From positions 1 through 64,000 of the IMG/VR virus record IMGVR_UViG_3300028388_003330: DNA of 64,000 bases, one strand, 5' to 3'. A program made the translations under genes and the position numbers. The notes under the pieces were generated by a model. That model was not told the origin of the DNA. It made no database searches and saw only the letters and a list, made by a program, of their open reading frames with translations. Source of the stretch: a virus. Below are positions 18,241-27,958 of the stretch, in pieces; position 1 is the first letter of the stretch, and each line of letters starts with the position of its first letter.

Positions 18241-21200
18241 TTGTGTCTCCAATACCTTTGGCGCTTCAACTTCAGGTTGATCTGATCTTTGAGGTCTATT
18301 TTAACTTGAGCGTGAATCGGCCACCAAGTTGAAGTTGCCCAAATACCCTTAATTACTTGACCTTCAGCATCAAAATTCGAATCTGCGGTAATTGACGCCG
18401 TCGCATTGGAAAGCTTGTAACGGTTTGCTGTAAGACTACCATCCGCTTCTATCAATGCGGTGCTGGGCTTGATCTTATACCGCTCAACGGTTAAGCCGCC
18501 TTCTGCATTGATGTATAGGGTAATAAGCCCTTTCGCTACGCTCGAAACCGAGCTTTCACCCTCAGAAGATGCTTGCCTTACATAAATCTTATAGTGCGTG
18601 CTACTTTGAGAACCTTCACCATTAAAGATGATGGTGCTAACACCATGAATCTTGGTGAATTCACTACTAACAACCGCACTGGCTGTAATCGAAGCAAGCG
18701 CCTGCTTAAGCTTGTAAACCTGCGAATTGAAACTCGCCGTACTGGTAATCGACGCCGTTTTCGGCTTGATTTTGTACCTTATAGAGCTGACAGATGCGCT
18801 TGCCGAAGAGCTTGAATCGCGAACGCGAATCACCGTCCGCGTTGTAGAAACCCCGCCCTGCGCAAGAATGTTGACCGTTCCAGAGCTGGAAATTTCAGTA
18901 TAAGAACTGTCAACCGACGCTTGTGCAGCGATGCTGACCGTTCTGGTAATGAACTTCTCGTAACTGGAATCAACCGTTGCGCTTGCAGCGATAGCCGCTG
19001 TGCGTACTCGAAAGATATTCGGAGTGGTTGCAACAACGCCTGTACCAGCAATGCCGGAGGCCGCAGGCTTGATGACAAAGCGATTTGCAGAAACCGCACC
19101 GGCCGCAGCAAAGCTCGCTGTTCCTTCTCCGGACTTGTTTGCAGCGGCAGTAACGCTAGAAGACGCTGTAACGCTCGCTGAGCGCACCTTGATAACGTGC
19201 GTACTCGCGTCGTTAGTGCTAACAGAAGCGCTGGCAGAAACGCTTACAGAGCGTCCCTTAACAACGAAGCGGGCTGCAGTAACGCTGGCTGTAGCGGCGA
19301 AGGAAATCTGCCCAGCAAGCGGAATAACTTCACCCGAGATACTGACTGTATCCGGGCCGTCTTCAGCGGCAAGATCGCCTTGAACCAGTACCGATCCATC
19401 GACACTGGCAGAGTCTTGACCCGACTCCCTGACGTTGATGGAACCAAGTATTCCATTTCCACCGTTCAGGGCTACTAAGTCTGAACCAACCTCTTGGACA
19501 GCAAGGTCACCCTGTATAAGAACAGAGCCGTCAACACTGACCGTGTCAGAGGTCGCTTCTTGGGCGGCAATGTCGCCCTGAACCAGTACCACTCCATCGA
19601 TTGTCGCCGTATCAGAGCCAACCTCTTGAGCGACCAAATCACCGGAGACAATCAAAGAGGCGTCGATTGTCGCTGTATCGGAGCCAACCTCTTGGGCAGC
19701 GAGGTCACCCTGAATCAGTACCGACGCATCGACAGAGACAGAGTCCGCACCGGCCTCTTGGGCAGCAAGATCGCCTTGGATAATTGACGCTGCCGAAATG
19801 GTAACGTCGTCAGATCCAACCTCTTGGACAGCAAGGTCACCCTGAACCAGTACCGATCCATCCAAGGAAACAGTGTCGGAACCCGTCTCTTGGGCGGCAA
19901 GACTACCGGCTATCAGTACATCGCCATCAAACGATACGGTATCAGATCCGGTTTCCTGTACAGCTAGATCGCCTTGAACAACAGCGATGACGTTACCGCT
20001 AAGCGATACAACGTCAGAGCCAACTTCTTGGGCGGCAAGATCGCCGCTGACGAGCACGTCACCATCAATAGAAACGGTGTCAGCGCCAACCTCTTGAGCA
20101 GAGAGATCACCCTGAACGATGAGAGAGGCATCGATTGCTGCAGTGTCAGCACCAGACTCTTGAACGGAGAGGTCGCCAGAGACAATCAGAGAGACGTCAA
20201 TCGATACACTGTCAGCACCAGACTCTTGTGCGGTCAGAGTGCCTGTAATTGCGCCTGAAGTTGTTGTGAATTCAGCGGTTTCGACGCTATTGGTATAAGC
20301 GCCATCGGTGTTCTGCCAAACAAACGCTGCCTTATAGCTAGTGTCCGCTTGAAGCGCGTTGGCATCAAACGCAACCGCGTCTGTAAAGGTCGCCTGTTGG
20401 CTATCACTGAACGCTGCAGCGCTGCCATTAACATCCAAACCAGCAACGATTTGATCGTCAGACGGCTTTGCTAAGGCGCTGTCATAGACAACCACATACA
20501 GAATGCCGGGTACTGCCGTACTAAAGTGCGCAGTATCGGAGCCGGTTTCCTGAACCGCCAGATCACCCGATATTTCAACGCTTCCTGTAAGGCTTGCAAC
20601 GTCCGCAGTTGCCTCTTGGGCGGAAACATCACCTTGTATAAGAACATCACCAGCAAGCGATGCGATGTCCTGCGCCGATTCCTGTACAGAAATCGAACCC
20701 GAAATAATGACATCGCCTGTAATAGCGATGGTGTCACTGCCGGATTCCTGTATTGAAATCGTTCCGCCAGCATATGTTCTGAAAGCGACGGTTTCAGAAA
20801 CACTGGAATCATTGCTTCCGTCAGACCAGACGGCAGCGGCTTTGTATTCGACGCCCTGTGTTAGAGCGGAAGGGTCAAAACTGTAGGTGTTATCGACATC
20901 CGCCGTTTTATCAAATGCGTAAACAGCAGCGCCATCTAATGCATCTGTCCCCGCTTTAATTTGTGCAGCAGTTGGCGTTGCTTTCTCACTGGTATAAACA
21001 ACGCAATAAATTCGATTGGTGGAGGGTTGTTCAACGGAACCGGTAATGTTGCAGGAATCAGAACCCGATTCTTGTGCAGCCAAATCCCCTTGAACGAATA
21101 CATCGCCGTCAAATGCAGCGGAATCTGCGCCGGTCTCTTGTACAGAGAGGTTGCCAGTAATATCTCCATCAGAAACGCTTCCACTAAACGAAAGCGAATC

Positions 21201-22037
21201 TGAACCTGTTTCTTGAGCGCCTAAATCTCCTGTTACCAGTACATCGCCGCTAAAAGATAAGGAGTCTGAACTAGCCTCTTGCGCTGATAAACCACCGCTT
21301 ACTAGCACATCACCATCGAAAGAGACGGAATCTGAACCTGTTTCTTGGACAGAAACATCGCCAGATATAAGTACATCACCATCGAAAGCCGCTGTATCTG
21401 CACCGCTTTCCTGCGCTGACAAGCTACCGGTAATAGGCGCATCAGTGACGGCACCATCGATTGAAACACTGTCAGAACCCGTTTCCTGTGCTGACAGATC
21501 TCCGGTGATTGTTGCAGCACCCGCCGTATAGACGCCAGTAACTTCAGCAGCCGTAATGCGTTTTTCGAGAGTGTCGCCGCCTTTGACCTTAGTGACGACC
21601 ATCGTAATATTGACGATGGCACCATCCCAATCAGCTTTGGTCGCGCTGGTATCAACGCCAGTGAGCGTTATCGCCCCAGAGTTTGTTGGCGTGGTCGTCG
21701 TGATATTAGTGGCAATGGAAACAGCATTGGTTAGCGGCGTCGTACGATCAGATTTAAAAATCTGAACCGTAATGCTGTCCCAGGTGTTTACCTGCGTGCC
21801 AGTTTGCCAGTGATAGCGCAGGTTGATTGACACCGAATCCATGGTGCCAAAATCGGCAGGCGTATCACCCAGCGCGAAGAAGCCAGATATCGCATTGTTG
21901 GCGTTATCAGTAGTATAGAAGTAGGTTGAATCGTTACTGGATGCAATAGCCTCCAGTACCGGCTCGGTACCCGTGATGGAGCACGCGGTCGAATTGACCG
22001 TGTCAAATGTACCCAGTAATAAAGTAAGATCAGCCAC
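18237..22037 (-). CDS. Repeat-rich fibre scaffold protein (~25 x 22-aa GDLxxQExGxD repeats, 2 Fn3-like domains, ~16 x 20-aa A/S-rich repeats)
   Basis: Repeats counted directly in the translation. Confidence 0.8.
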   Translation of the reverse strand: MADLTLLLGTFDTVNSTACSITGTEPVLEAIASSNDSTYFYTTDNANNAISGFFALGDTPADFGTMDSVSINLRYHWQTGTQVNTWDSITVQIFKSDRTTPLTNAVSIATNITTTTPTNSGAITLTGVDTSATKADWDGAIVNITMVVTKVKGGDTLEKRITAAEVTGVYTAGAATITGDLSAQETGSDSVSIDGAVTDAPITGSLSAQESGADTAAFDGDVLISGDVSVQETGSDSVSFDGDVLVSGGLSAQEASSDSLSFSGDVLVTGDLGAQETGSDSLSFSGSVSDGDITGNLSVQETGADSAAFDGDVFVQGDLAAQESGSDSCNITGSVEQPSTNRIYCVVYTSEKATPTAAQIKAGTDALDGAAVYAFDKTADVDNTYSFDPSALTQGVEYKAAAVWSDGSNDSSVSETVAFRTYAGGTISIQESGSDTIAITGDVIISGSISVQESAQDIASLAGDVLIQGDVSAQEATADVASLTGSVEISGDLAVQETGSDTAHFSTAVPGILYVVVYDSALAKPSDDQIVAGLDVNGSAAAFSDSQQATFTDAVAFDANALQADTSYKAAFVWQNTDGAYTNSVETAEFTTTSGAITGTLTAQESGADSVSIDVSLIVSGDLSVQESGADTAAIDASLIVQGDLSAQEVGADTVSIDGDVLVSGDLAAQEVGSDVVSLSGNVIAVVQGDLAVQETGSDTVSFDGDVLIAGSLAAQETGSDTVSLDGSVLVQGDLAVQEVGSDDVTISAASIIQGDLAAQEAGADSVSVDASVLIQGDLAAQEVGSDTATIDASLIVSGDLVAQEVGSDTATIDGVVLVQGDIAAQEATSDTVSVDGSVLIQGDLAVQEVGSDLVALNGGNGILGSINVRESGQDSASVDGSVLVQGDLAAEDGPDTVSISGEVIPLAGQISFAATASVTAARFVVKGRSVSVSASASVSTNDASTHVIKVRSASVTASSSVTAAANKSGEGTASFAAAGAVSANRFVIKPAASGIAGTGVVATTPNIFRVRTAAIAASATVDSSYEKFITRTVSIAAQASVDSSYTEISSSGTVNILAQGGVSTTRTVIRVRDSSSSASASVSSIRYKIKPKTASITSTASFNSQVYKLKQALASITASAVVSSEFTKIHGVSTIIFNGEGSQSSTHYKIYVRQASSEGESSVSSVAKGLITLYINAEGGLTVERYKIKPSTALIEADGSLTANRYKLSNATASITADSNFDAEGQVIKGIWATSTWWPIHAQVKIDLKDQINLKLKRQRYWRHK

Positions 22038-22290
22038 CGCTTACCCCACAGGTTGCACAGGTCATGCCAGCCGGAGGCCAATCCCCGCAGTTATTAACAA
22101 AACTAGGCATCAAAGGCTTGACGTTAGTTATGTAACGCGGGTCAGTATATACCGCTTTCCATGTGCCGTTCTCACGAAATAAACCGCAAGCCCAACGTCG
22201 ATTGGGTACGGTATTTTCTTCTAGGTATTGACAAACACCTCCACCGATATAGCAGCAGTGATCATCCGAATTGCCGGTGCAGATACTCAT
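22030..22290 (-). CDS. Small Cys-rich (8 Cys) putative metal-binding protein
   Basis: MSICTG...HCCY...C.YL...AC...CGDWP...CATC; TGATG overlap. Confidence 0.7.
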   Translation of the reverse strand: MSICTGNSDDHCCYIGGGVCQYLEENTVPNRRWACGLFRENGTWKAVYTDPRYITNVKPLMPSFVNNCGDWPPAGMTCATCGVSGG

Positions 22291-24305
22291 CAGAATGTCA
22301 CATCCCAACTAAGTGTTGCACTTGTTAATCCAGCAATTGTAACCGTTGGATTGTCTACTGTTGGCGTAGTGCTGACGTAGTAATCGAAACCGATGTCCCA
22401 CGCGCCAGCAGCGGGCCATTCGTCGCCGTCGATGTCTGCGGTGAAGCTACTGTAGAGGTTAGCGCCCGCACCGATCAGCGACGATCCCGCTGCTAGGTGA
22501 TAGTCATCGTTCGCAGCGTCGGCAAAGTCAGTGCTGACGATGTTGGTCGTCAGGGGGTTGGTGCCGGGAGGCGTGTAAGTGCTGGCAACATCTGACGCAT
22601 TATTGCTGCTGTTTGACGTGTCTATTGCGCCTTCTGTGTCGTACCCAACAGTTGCCCCATAGGCGACACAGTTTTTCAGAACGATAGGGCCAGTCGTTAA
22701 ACACTCTAAAGCCGTAGTGTTTCCACCAGACACGAAAACACAGTTGTAATAATCCTGGTTTGTAAAATTTCTAACATAAACAGCCGGCGAATCCGACGCT
22801 TTATTTATAAACGCACAGTTTTTCGCAACGAAATAATCGCCAGTTGAAGCGGTATTAAAATTAAGCGCAGTGTTGATGCGCGATGAACTATCGTTTGCCA
22901 CTCTACAAAACACGGCATCAAACGAAACATAGTTTGCCTCAACATAAATACTGCTGTTTGCCGAGGAGGTTGCGCCGATCTCTCCGCAAAAGCCCTCAAC
23001 GACTGTATAATTTTGGGACACTTTCAACGGGTATCCATAGTTCTGATCGGTATAAACGTAAAACCCAGTAGCGGGTGTGCCATTGTGACGCTCTGCGCTT
23101 GGCACATACACCTTCACATAACGCTCGGAGTCCGTAGTCCATCCAGCTATAGTGGGGACATCGTTCAACCCACTCGGCCAGTCGTCGTAACACTCGGCGA
23201 CTGCAATCTCGTCGGCAGCGACGAGGTCCACCTGTTCTCCAGACTCCCATGCTGACAGCGTCGTGTAGTCGCCACTGGACGAACGGATAGTCTTGGTAAC
23301 GGCGATAGTCCCCCTGTGGGCACCTATGGGCCAGTGCTCTACACCATCACTGTCAGCGATAGGAACGCCTGTGATGTCGTAAATGGTAGTGCCATCACCG
23401 AGGTCACCCCCGGCTTCAAATAGCTGACTGGTTGTTGGATCAAGTGGTAGGCGGTAATCGTCGTTCGCAGCGTCTCGGAAGTCAGCGGACGTGACGTTGG
23501 TCGTCAGGGGGTTGGTGCCGGGAGGCGTTACCGTTGCGCCGTCGCTAGCGGCGTTATTAAAAGTACCCGCAGTGTATATCGCGCTCGCGCCATAAGAAAA
23601 AGAGGTTCCGCAGTTATACGCCACACAGTTCGCCCACGACACTCCCTGGTTGATGTCGTTAGAACCAGTGGAAGCCATGTAAAAACCTATGTCTGTGCAA
23701 TCGACCGCGACACAGTTCTGTGCGATGTAGCCATAATAATTGGCGCGGGTCATAAACCCACGATAACCCATCCCGATGCAGTTTATGTAAATAGAACGCC
23801 TGTTTCTAAAGGCCGCGTAGGGTGTGCCGCCGTTAGAAGTGCCGTACCCAACGCAAGCAAAAGCGGTAAAATTATAAGTGCTGCTGTCGCAGTAAAAAGC
23901 GTCGCCATTTGCTGCTGTTTGCCACGCCTCGACGTACTCGATTAAAGTGTCGTTCCCAGTAACAACTTCAACTACCTCGCCGTAGTTGTCTGAGTAATAC
24001 ATCCAAAACCCAGCTTTCGAGACGCCGTTATGCCGATGTCCTTCTGCGACCGTTACTTTCACATACCGCGTCGCATCCGTTGTCCACCCGTCGATTGTTA
24101 GTTTGTCGTTCAACCCACTCGGCCAGTCGTCATAGCACTCGGCTACGGCCATCTCATCAGCGGTAACAAGGTCTTTCTGCTCGCCTGCCTCCCATGCCGA
24201 GAGGGTGGTGTAATATCCATCGACGCCATACAGCGCCTCCATAGCGGACTGATTTGCCGTCCATGCGGCTGCGGTACGGATGGCATGTTTAACCTCGGTT
24301 GCCAT
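22290..24305 (-). CDS. Tandem-duplicated beta-helix (pectin-lyase-like) virion/receptor-binding protein
   Basis: Two copies of YTTLSAWE...AECYDDWPSGLND...RHNG...NNASD...PPGTNPLTTN...AANDDY.L. Confidence 0.75.
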   Translation of the reverse strand: MATEVKHAIRTAAAWTANQSAMEALYGVDGYYTTLSAWEAGEQKDLVTADEMAVAECYDDWPSGLNDKLTIDGWTTDATRYVKVTVAEGHRHNGVSKAGFWMYYSDNYGEVVEVVTGNDTLIEYVEAWQTAANGDAFYCDSSTYNFTAFACVGYGTSNGGTPYAAFRNRRSIYINCIGMGYRGFMTRANYYGYIAQNCVAVDCTDIGFYMASTGSNDINQGVSWANCVAYNCGTSFSYGASAIYTAGTFNNAASDGATVTPPGTNPLTTNVTSADFRDAANDDYRLPLDPTTSQLFEAGGDLGDGTTIYDITGVPIADSDGVEHWPIGAHRGTIAVTKTIRSSSGDYTTLSAWESGEQVDLVAADEIAVAECYDDWPSGLNDVPTIAGWTTDSERYVKVYVPSAERHNGTPATGFYVYTDQNYGYPLKVSQNYTVVEGFCGEIGATSSANSSIYVEANYVSFDAVFCRVANDSSSRINTALNFNTASTGDYFVAKNCAFINKASDSPAVYVRNFTNQDYYNCVFVSGGNTTALECLTTGPIVLKNCVAYGATVGYDTEGAIDTSNSSNNASDVASTYTPPGTNPLTTNIVSTDFADAANDDYHLAAGSSLIGAGANLYSSFTADIDGDEWPAAGAWDIGFDYYVSTTPTVDNPTVTIAGLTSATLSWDVTF

Positions 24306-25099
24306 TAGCTCGCCTTGTCGAGTATCCGGCTAGCGAGTTGTGCAGGCGTCACTTCGATGACCCCGCCCATGCCAAGCGCCGTATCAACGTCAGCGTCGGA
24401 CACCCGCCAACGACGGCGGCGCACCGTCTTGCGCATGGCATCCTTCAGCGCATCGACAAAGTGCTGGCGCACGTCGGTACGAGTGAACTCTGCGGTGATG
24501 ACATCGCCCGTCACATCAGTGATCGTCGCGTTGGCCTCCTGAATCTGGGCCTGCGCATTCTGCACCGTCACGCTAGACGCCGACACATCGACCGTGGCAA
24601 CGTGAACGCCGGTACCCTGGTCGTAGGACTGCTCGGCGATGGTAATGCCCAGCGTCGTGGGGTCTTGCCCCCAGAACCCCTCCGACTTGTAGGCGTCCTG
24701 AACGGTGATGTCGAACCGCACCTCGTTGGTCGTCGTGCTGACAACCGACGCACCCCACTTAGTGAGCCAGTTTTCCACCTGCTCGCGGGTGATGCCGTAC
24801 TCATTTGCCGCACCGGGGGTTTCGGTCCATATCCGTACCCGGACACCATCGACAGCGGCATCAGTAGCGACGATCTCGTAACCAAGTTCACGCCGCCAAT
24901 CATCGCGCCGGTCTTCTACCTGCTCGACCGTGACGCCAGGAACCTTGACGATGACGAACGTAGGCGGGCCTTCTTTACCGCCCCACTCATGCCCATCCGG
25001 CATGACGACCACGATGTCACCCTTTTTGTAGCATCCCTGCTCGTCGGTATCCGGGTCCGGGTGGGTGGCGTCAATTGCTTTTATAAGGAATTCGGCCAT
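24305..25099 (-). CDS. Hypothetical fibre-associated protein
   Basis: YKKGDIVVVMPDGHEWG motif; coupled to the beta-helix gene. Confidence 0.7.
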   Translation of the reverse strand: MAEFLIKAIDATHPDPDTDEQGCYKKGDIVVVMPDGHEWGGKEGPPTFVIVKVPGVTVEQVEDRRDDWRRELGYEIVATDAAVDGVRVRIWTETPGAANEYGITREQVENWLTKWGASVVSTTTNEVRFDITVQDAYKSEGFWGQDPTTLGITIAEQSYDQGTGVHVATVDVSASSVTVQNAQAQIQEANATITDVTGDVITAEFTRTDVRQHFVDALKDAMRKTVRRRRWRVSDADVDTALGMGGVIEVTPAQLASRILDKAS

Positions 25100-25115
25100 T
25101 TTGAACCTCAAATTA

Positions 25116-25448
25116 CTAGAATGTAATTGTACACCCTACAGTCGCACTAGTTGGCCCTGTCACTGTAAACACAGGCAAACTTAATACCGGGTTGCTTACA
25201 TCTGAGACAAACGTTTGGTGAACAGCAGTGCTGTAATCGGTCCCGTCGTACCAGACGGCGCTGACGCGGTAGCTGACGCCAGCCGTCAGGCCAGAGGCGC
25301 TGAAGTTCTCGGTGCCCGATACGTCGGCCAGTTGGTTGCTGGCGTAGGTCGCGGCGTTACCGTCGGCACCCTGTCCTGCGACGATCTGCGCTGCGGTCGC
25401 CGTGCCTTGGCTGGATGGGTAGACCGAGAGGTAAAGCGTATCGGCCAT
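25116..25448 (-). CDS. Small Fn3-like protein (apparently circularly permuted)
   Basis: TLYLSVY...TAAQIVAG...GLTAGVSY is homologous to two domains of 18237-22037. Confidence 0.75.
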   Translation of the reverse strand: MADTLYLSVYPSSQGTATAAQIVAGQGADGNAATYASNQLADVSGTENFSASGLTAGVSYRVSAVWYDGTDYSTAVHQTFVSDVSNPVLSLPVFTVTGPTSATVGCTITF

Positions 25449-26317
25449 TAGAACGTCACACCCACGGCAATATCAGCCGTGGTCTGCCCGATGTTAGTGA
25501 TGACCGGCGTGCCGAGGGTTGGGGCGTTACTGGTCGCGCCGGGGATGCTGAACAGGTAGGGTGCGTCGTTGGCTGGCTTCAGCCACGAATAGAGGTCTCT
25601 TGATAACTGCTTGGCGACGGCAGAAGATGCCCCACGATGGTCAAGCATGAGAAACGATGCTATTTCACCATTAAACGCGGTTATAGGAGGCTCGTTTATT
25701 GCTGTCGCACCAATTTGTGCGAAAGCATCTAAATCCTGTACCTCCACGGAATGTGCGGTGTTATGAACTTCAACACCACCGACAAATGCAACAAGACAAT
25801 TATTTAAACGACCAGCGACTAAATGCTGCCACTCACCGTCACTAAAACCCGTAAATGTATAGTTTATCCCCGTGCTGTTGTGCGTAAGCGATACTCTGAT
25901 ATCGTTCGACCAGTTCACCCTAGATATAACAAAAGAGTCTCCACTGTTGCTATTTATAGCAAAAATTATTCCGTTTCCGTCTCCGCCGGAGTGATTTGAT
26001 TTGAATTCAACCGAAACTAAAAAATCGCCAGTAATGCTCGCCGCATAGTCTATCGGTATAGAATTATCAGAATCGTCCGCTACATCCCACGCAAACCCGC
26101 CGCTTGATGAAGTCCACGATCCAGTGGGACTTGCATACGTTTCGTTAACTTGCGCTGTGGCTAAGTCAAAGAAATCTCTTTGAAAGAGCATCGCGACCTT
26201 TACACCGGGCACGTTTAACGCAACAGGCCCAATAGGCTTCCTTCCAGGCACCAACAAATTCGGCTCGCGCAACGCATACGCCAGTGCGGTCTGGCTGGGG
26301 ACGACTAGCTGGGCCAT
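25448..26317 (-). CDS. LamG/concanavalin-A-like virion protein
   Basis: DGEWQHLVAGR...FVGGVEV...IGA...FNGEIA pattern. Confidence 0.75.
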   Translation of the reverse strand: MAQLVVPSQTALAYALREPNLLVPGRKPIGPVALNVPGVKVAMLFQRDFFDLATAQVNETYASPTGSWTSSSGGFAWDVADDSDNSIPIDYAASITGDFLVSVEFKSNHSGGDGNGIIFAINSNSGDSFVISRVNWSNDIRVSLTHNSTGINYTFTGFSDGEWQHLVAGRLNNCLVAFVGGVEVHNTAHSVEVQDLDAFAQIGATAINEPPITAFNGEIASFLMLDHRGASSAVAKQLSRDLYSWLKPANDAPYLFSIPGATSNAPTLGTPVITNIGQTTADIAVGVTF

Positions 26318-26751
26318 TACGCAGCCGGGGCCATCGTGTACGGCGTCAGGTCAAGGTCCCAGCCAGTAGACGATGCGGTGGCGATCTCGTTCTTCAGAAA
26401 GATTTTGCCTTTGCCCGACGACGGGAGCTTGATGTCGGCGATGCAGATTTGCTCTGTGGCGATGTTGTCCTTCACGCTGAACGAGCCGACGTAGTAGGCG
26501 CTAAAGTCAGCGTCCACGTCCTCGGGGTAGCTACTGCCATCCGCCGCGATGGGCAACAGGTAGATGCTGATCGTGCCGCCGGTCGTCGTTGTGTTGAGTG
26601 TGGCCCGCAGTTCAAGCTCTCCCAGCGGGTAAAGCGACGAACTTGCGTCGAACGTTGCGCCGGAAGTAAAGCCCGACGAGGGAATCGCCGACCCACCAGC
26701 AGTGACGACATTGATGGTCGTCGCTCGTGTGTACTTCGCTTCATTCGCCAT
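26317..26751 (-). CDS. Hypothetical beta-rich virion protein
   Basis: Coupled ORF in the fibre cassette. Confidence 0.7.
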   Translation of the reverse strand: MANEAKYTRATTINVVTAGGSAIPSSGFTSGATFDASSSLYPLGELELRATLNTTTTGGTISIYLLPIAADGSSYPEDVDADFSAYYVGSFSVKDNIATEQICIADIKLPSSGKGKIFLKNEIATASSTGWDLDLTPYTMAPAA

Positions 26752-27155
26752 CAGATGGCCCTCGCTTTAGTCACTTGCCAATCTTCGATCACGCCGAGGC
26801 CAAGCTCGGTCGCACGGCTGATCGTCTCTTCGCGCAGCGAACTGAGGTTAGACACGGTCGTCGAGCCACCACCGTAGATGTAGGTAACAAACGCCTGCGC
26901 GGGTCCGCCAGCCTTGGGGTCGTGCTCGGCAATGCCGCAGAACCCAATCCACTCCTGTTTCTTGGAGTCGGTCAGAGCGGCGTACTCAGCCGAGTCAGTG
27001 GCCTCGAAGACCTCGCGGCCCGTCATGCTGGTGCGGATGCGGGTGATGTCAGCGGTGTTGAGCGCGGCGGCTACCTCGGCGTCAGTCATGCCTGCGTAGC
27101 CCCGCGCACCGGGGTCGTTGCTGATCTCGTCAGCCAGTATTTGATAGTCCATCAA
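26751..27155 (-). CDS. Hypothetical protein
   Basis: Coupled ORF (DP..RGYAGMTDAEVAAALN). Confidence 0.7.
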   Translation of the reverse strand: MMDYQILADEISNDPGARGYAGMTDAEVAAALNTADITRIRTSMTGREVFEATDSAEYAALTDSKKQEWIGFCGIAEHDPKAGGPAQAFVTYIYGGGSTTVSNLSSLREETISRATELGLGVIEDWQVTKARAI

Positions 27156-27427
27156 TCGTTCCTTTCAGTTTGGTAGGCGAGTTCTCGCCGTTCAATTTCG
27201 ATCCTCGTCATGTGCATCATGGCCGCGACGGTTTCTCTTGGGATGTTCATGTTGCAGATGTCACATCGACGAGCGGTTAATTGGTCGAGTTTGTCTAAAT
27301 GATCTGCGAGTCTCGCCACATCGTCGTGCATTTCGTCTTCGAGCCTGACAAGCACGCCGAACAAACGGTGCAAAAAGTCAAGGGGTTGATGCGATAGTAG
27401 GTCAGCGAAAAGTTGAGGGACTCGCAT
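27152..27427 (-). CDS. Hypothetical protein
   Basis: ORF with AAGGAAG RBS. Confidence 0.55.
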   Translation of the reverse strand: MRVPQLFADLLSHQPLDFLHRLFGVLVRLEDEMHDDVARLADHLDKLDQLTARRCDICNMNIPRETVAAMMHMTRIEIERRELAYQTERND

Positions 27428-27439
27428 GGCTTACTTCCT

Positions 27440-27670
27440 TTAGGCGTACTCATCAACGATAATTCCAGCCGTTTCATATCGACCAACCCAGAGGTATTCC
27501 TCTACTATGTAATTATACGATTTTCGTAGATTTATACCATCACGAAGGGCAGCGATTGCTGCCCTTGTTTGTGCGGTAGTACGTCTACTTCCTAAACCGT
27601 GATATTTCTTTCCATTCGGAAATGTAAGAACTATCACGGTAGTCTCAGTAGCCACGGAAATGAGATCCAT
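27440..27670 (-). CDS. Hypothetical protein (AT-richer)
   Basis: ORF filling the gap. Confidence 0.5.
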   Translation of the reverse strand: MDLISVATETTVIVLTFPNGKKYHGLGSRRTTAQTRAAIAALRDGINLRKSYNYIVEEYLWVGRYETAGIIVDEYA

Positions 27671-27689
27671 GCCGCCACAAGGGCGGCAT
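27669..27689 (-). terminator. Hairpin after the lysis-associated genes
   Basis: ATGCCGCC-ACAAG-GGCGGCAT; no clear U tract. Confidence 0.4.
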
Positions 27690-27706
27690 AGATCACTACA
27701 GCGATG

Positions 27707-27958
27707 TTAACGAAGAGCGCCGGGGTAAGGTTCTTTCGCATCAACCTGACCCTGACCCTGCCCTTGAACCGGACCACCCTGCTGCTTCTTTACTTCAGCA
27801 AACTGAGCGATAACACCGTAAATGGCTTGACCCAACGCAAGCGAAAACTGATTCGCCTCTTCGTTGGAATCAAAATACCACTTGGCGTCAATATCGCTCA
27901 GATATTGCCCGTCGGGTCCGACCTGATCCAAGGAAATGCTAACGACCTCTTTGCTCAT
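27707..27958 (-). CDS. Hypothetical protein
   Basis: ATGA-coupled ORF. Confidence 0.6.
   Translation of the reverse strand: MSKEVVSISLDQVGPDGQYLSDIDAKWYFDSNEEANQFSLALGQAIYGVIAQFAEVKKQQGGPVQGQGQGQVDAKEPYPGALR

Noticed and set aside
19320-21520. CRISPR-like periodic repeats
   Set aside because: 66-nt periodicity with synonymous variation inside an ORF indicates protein repeats; no cas genes
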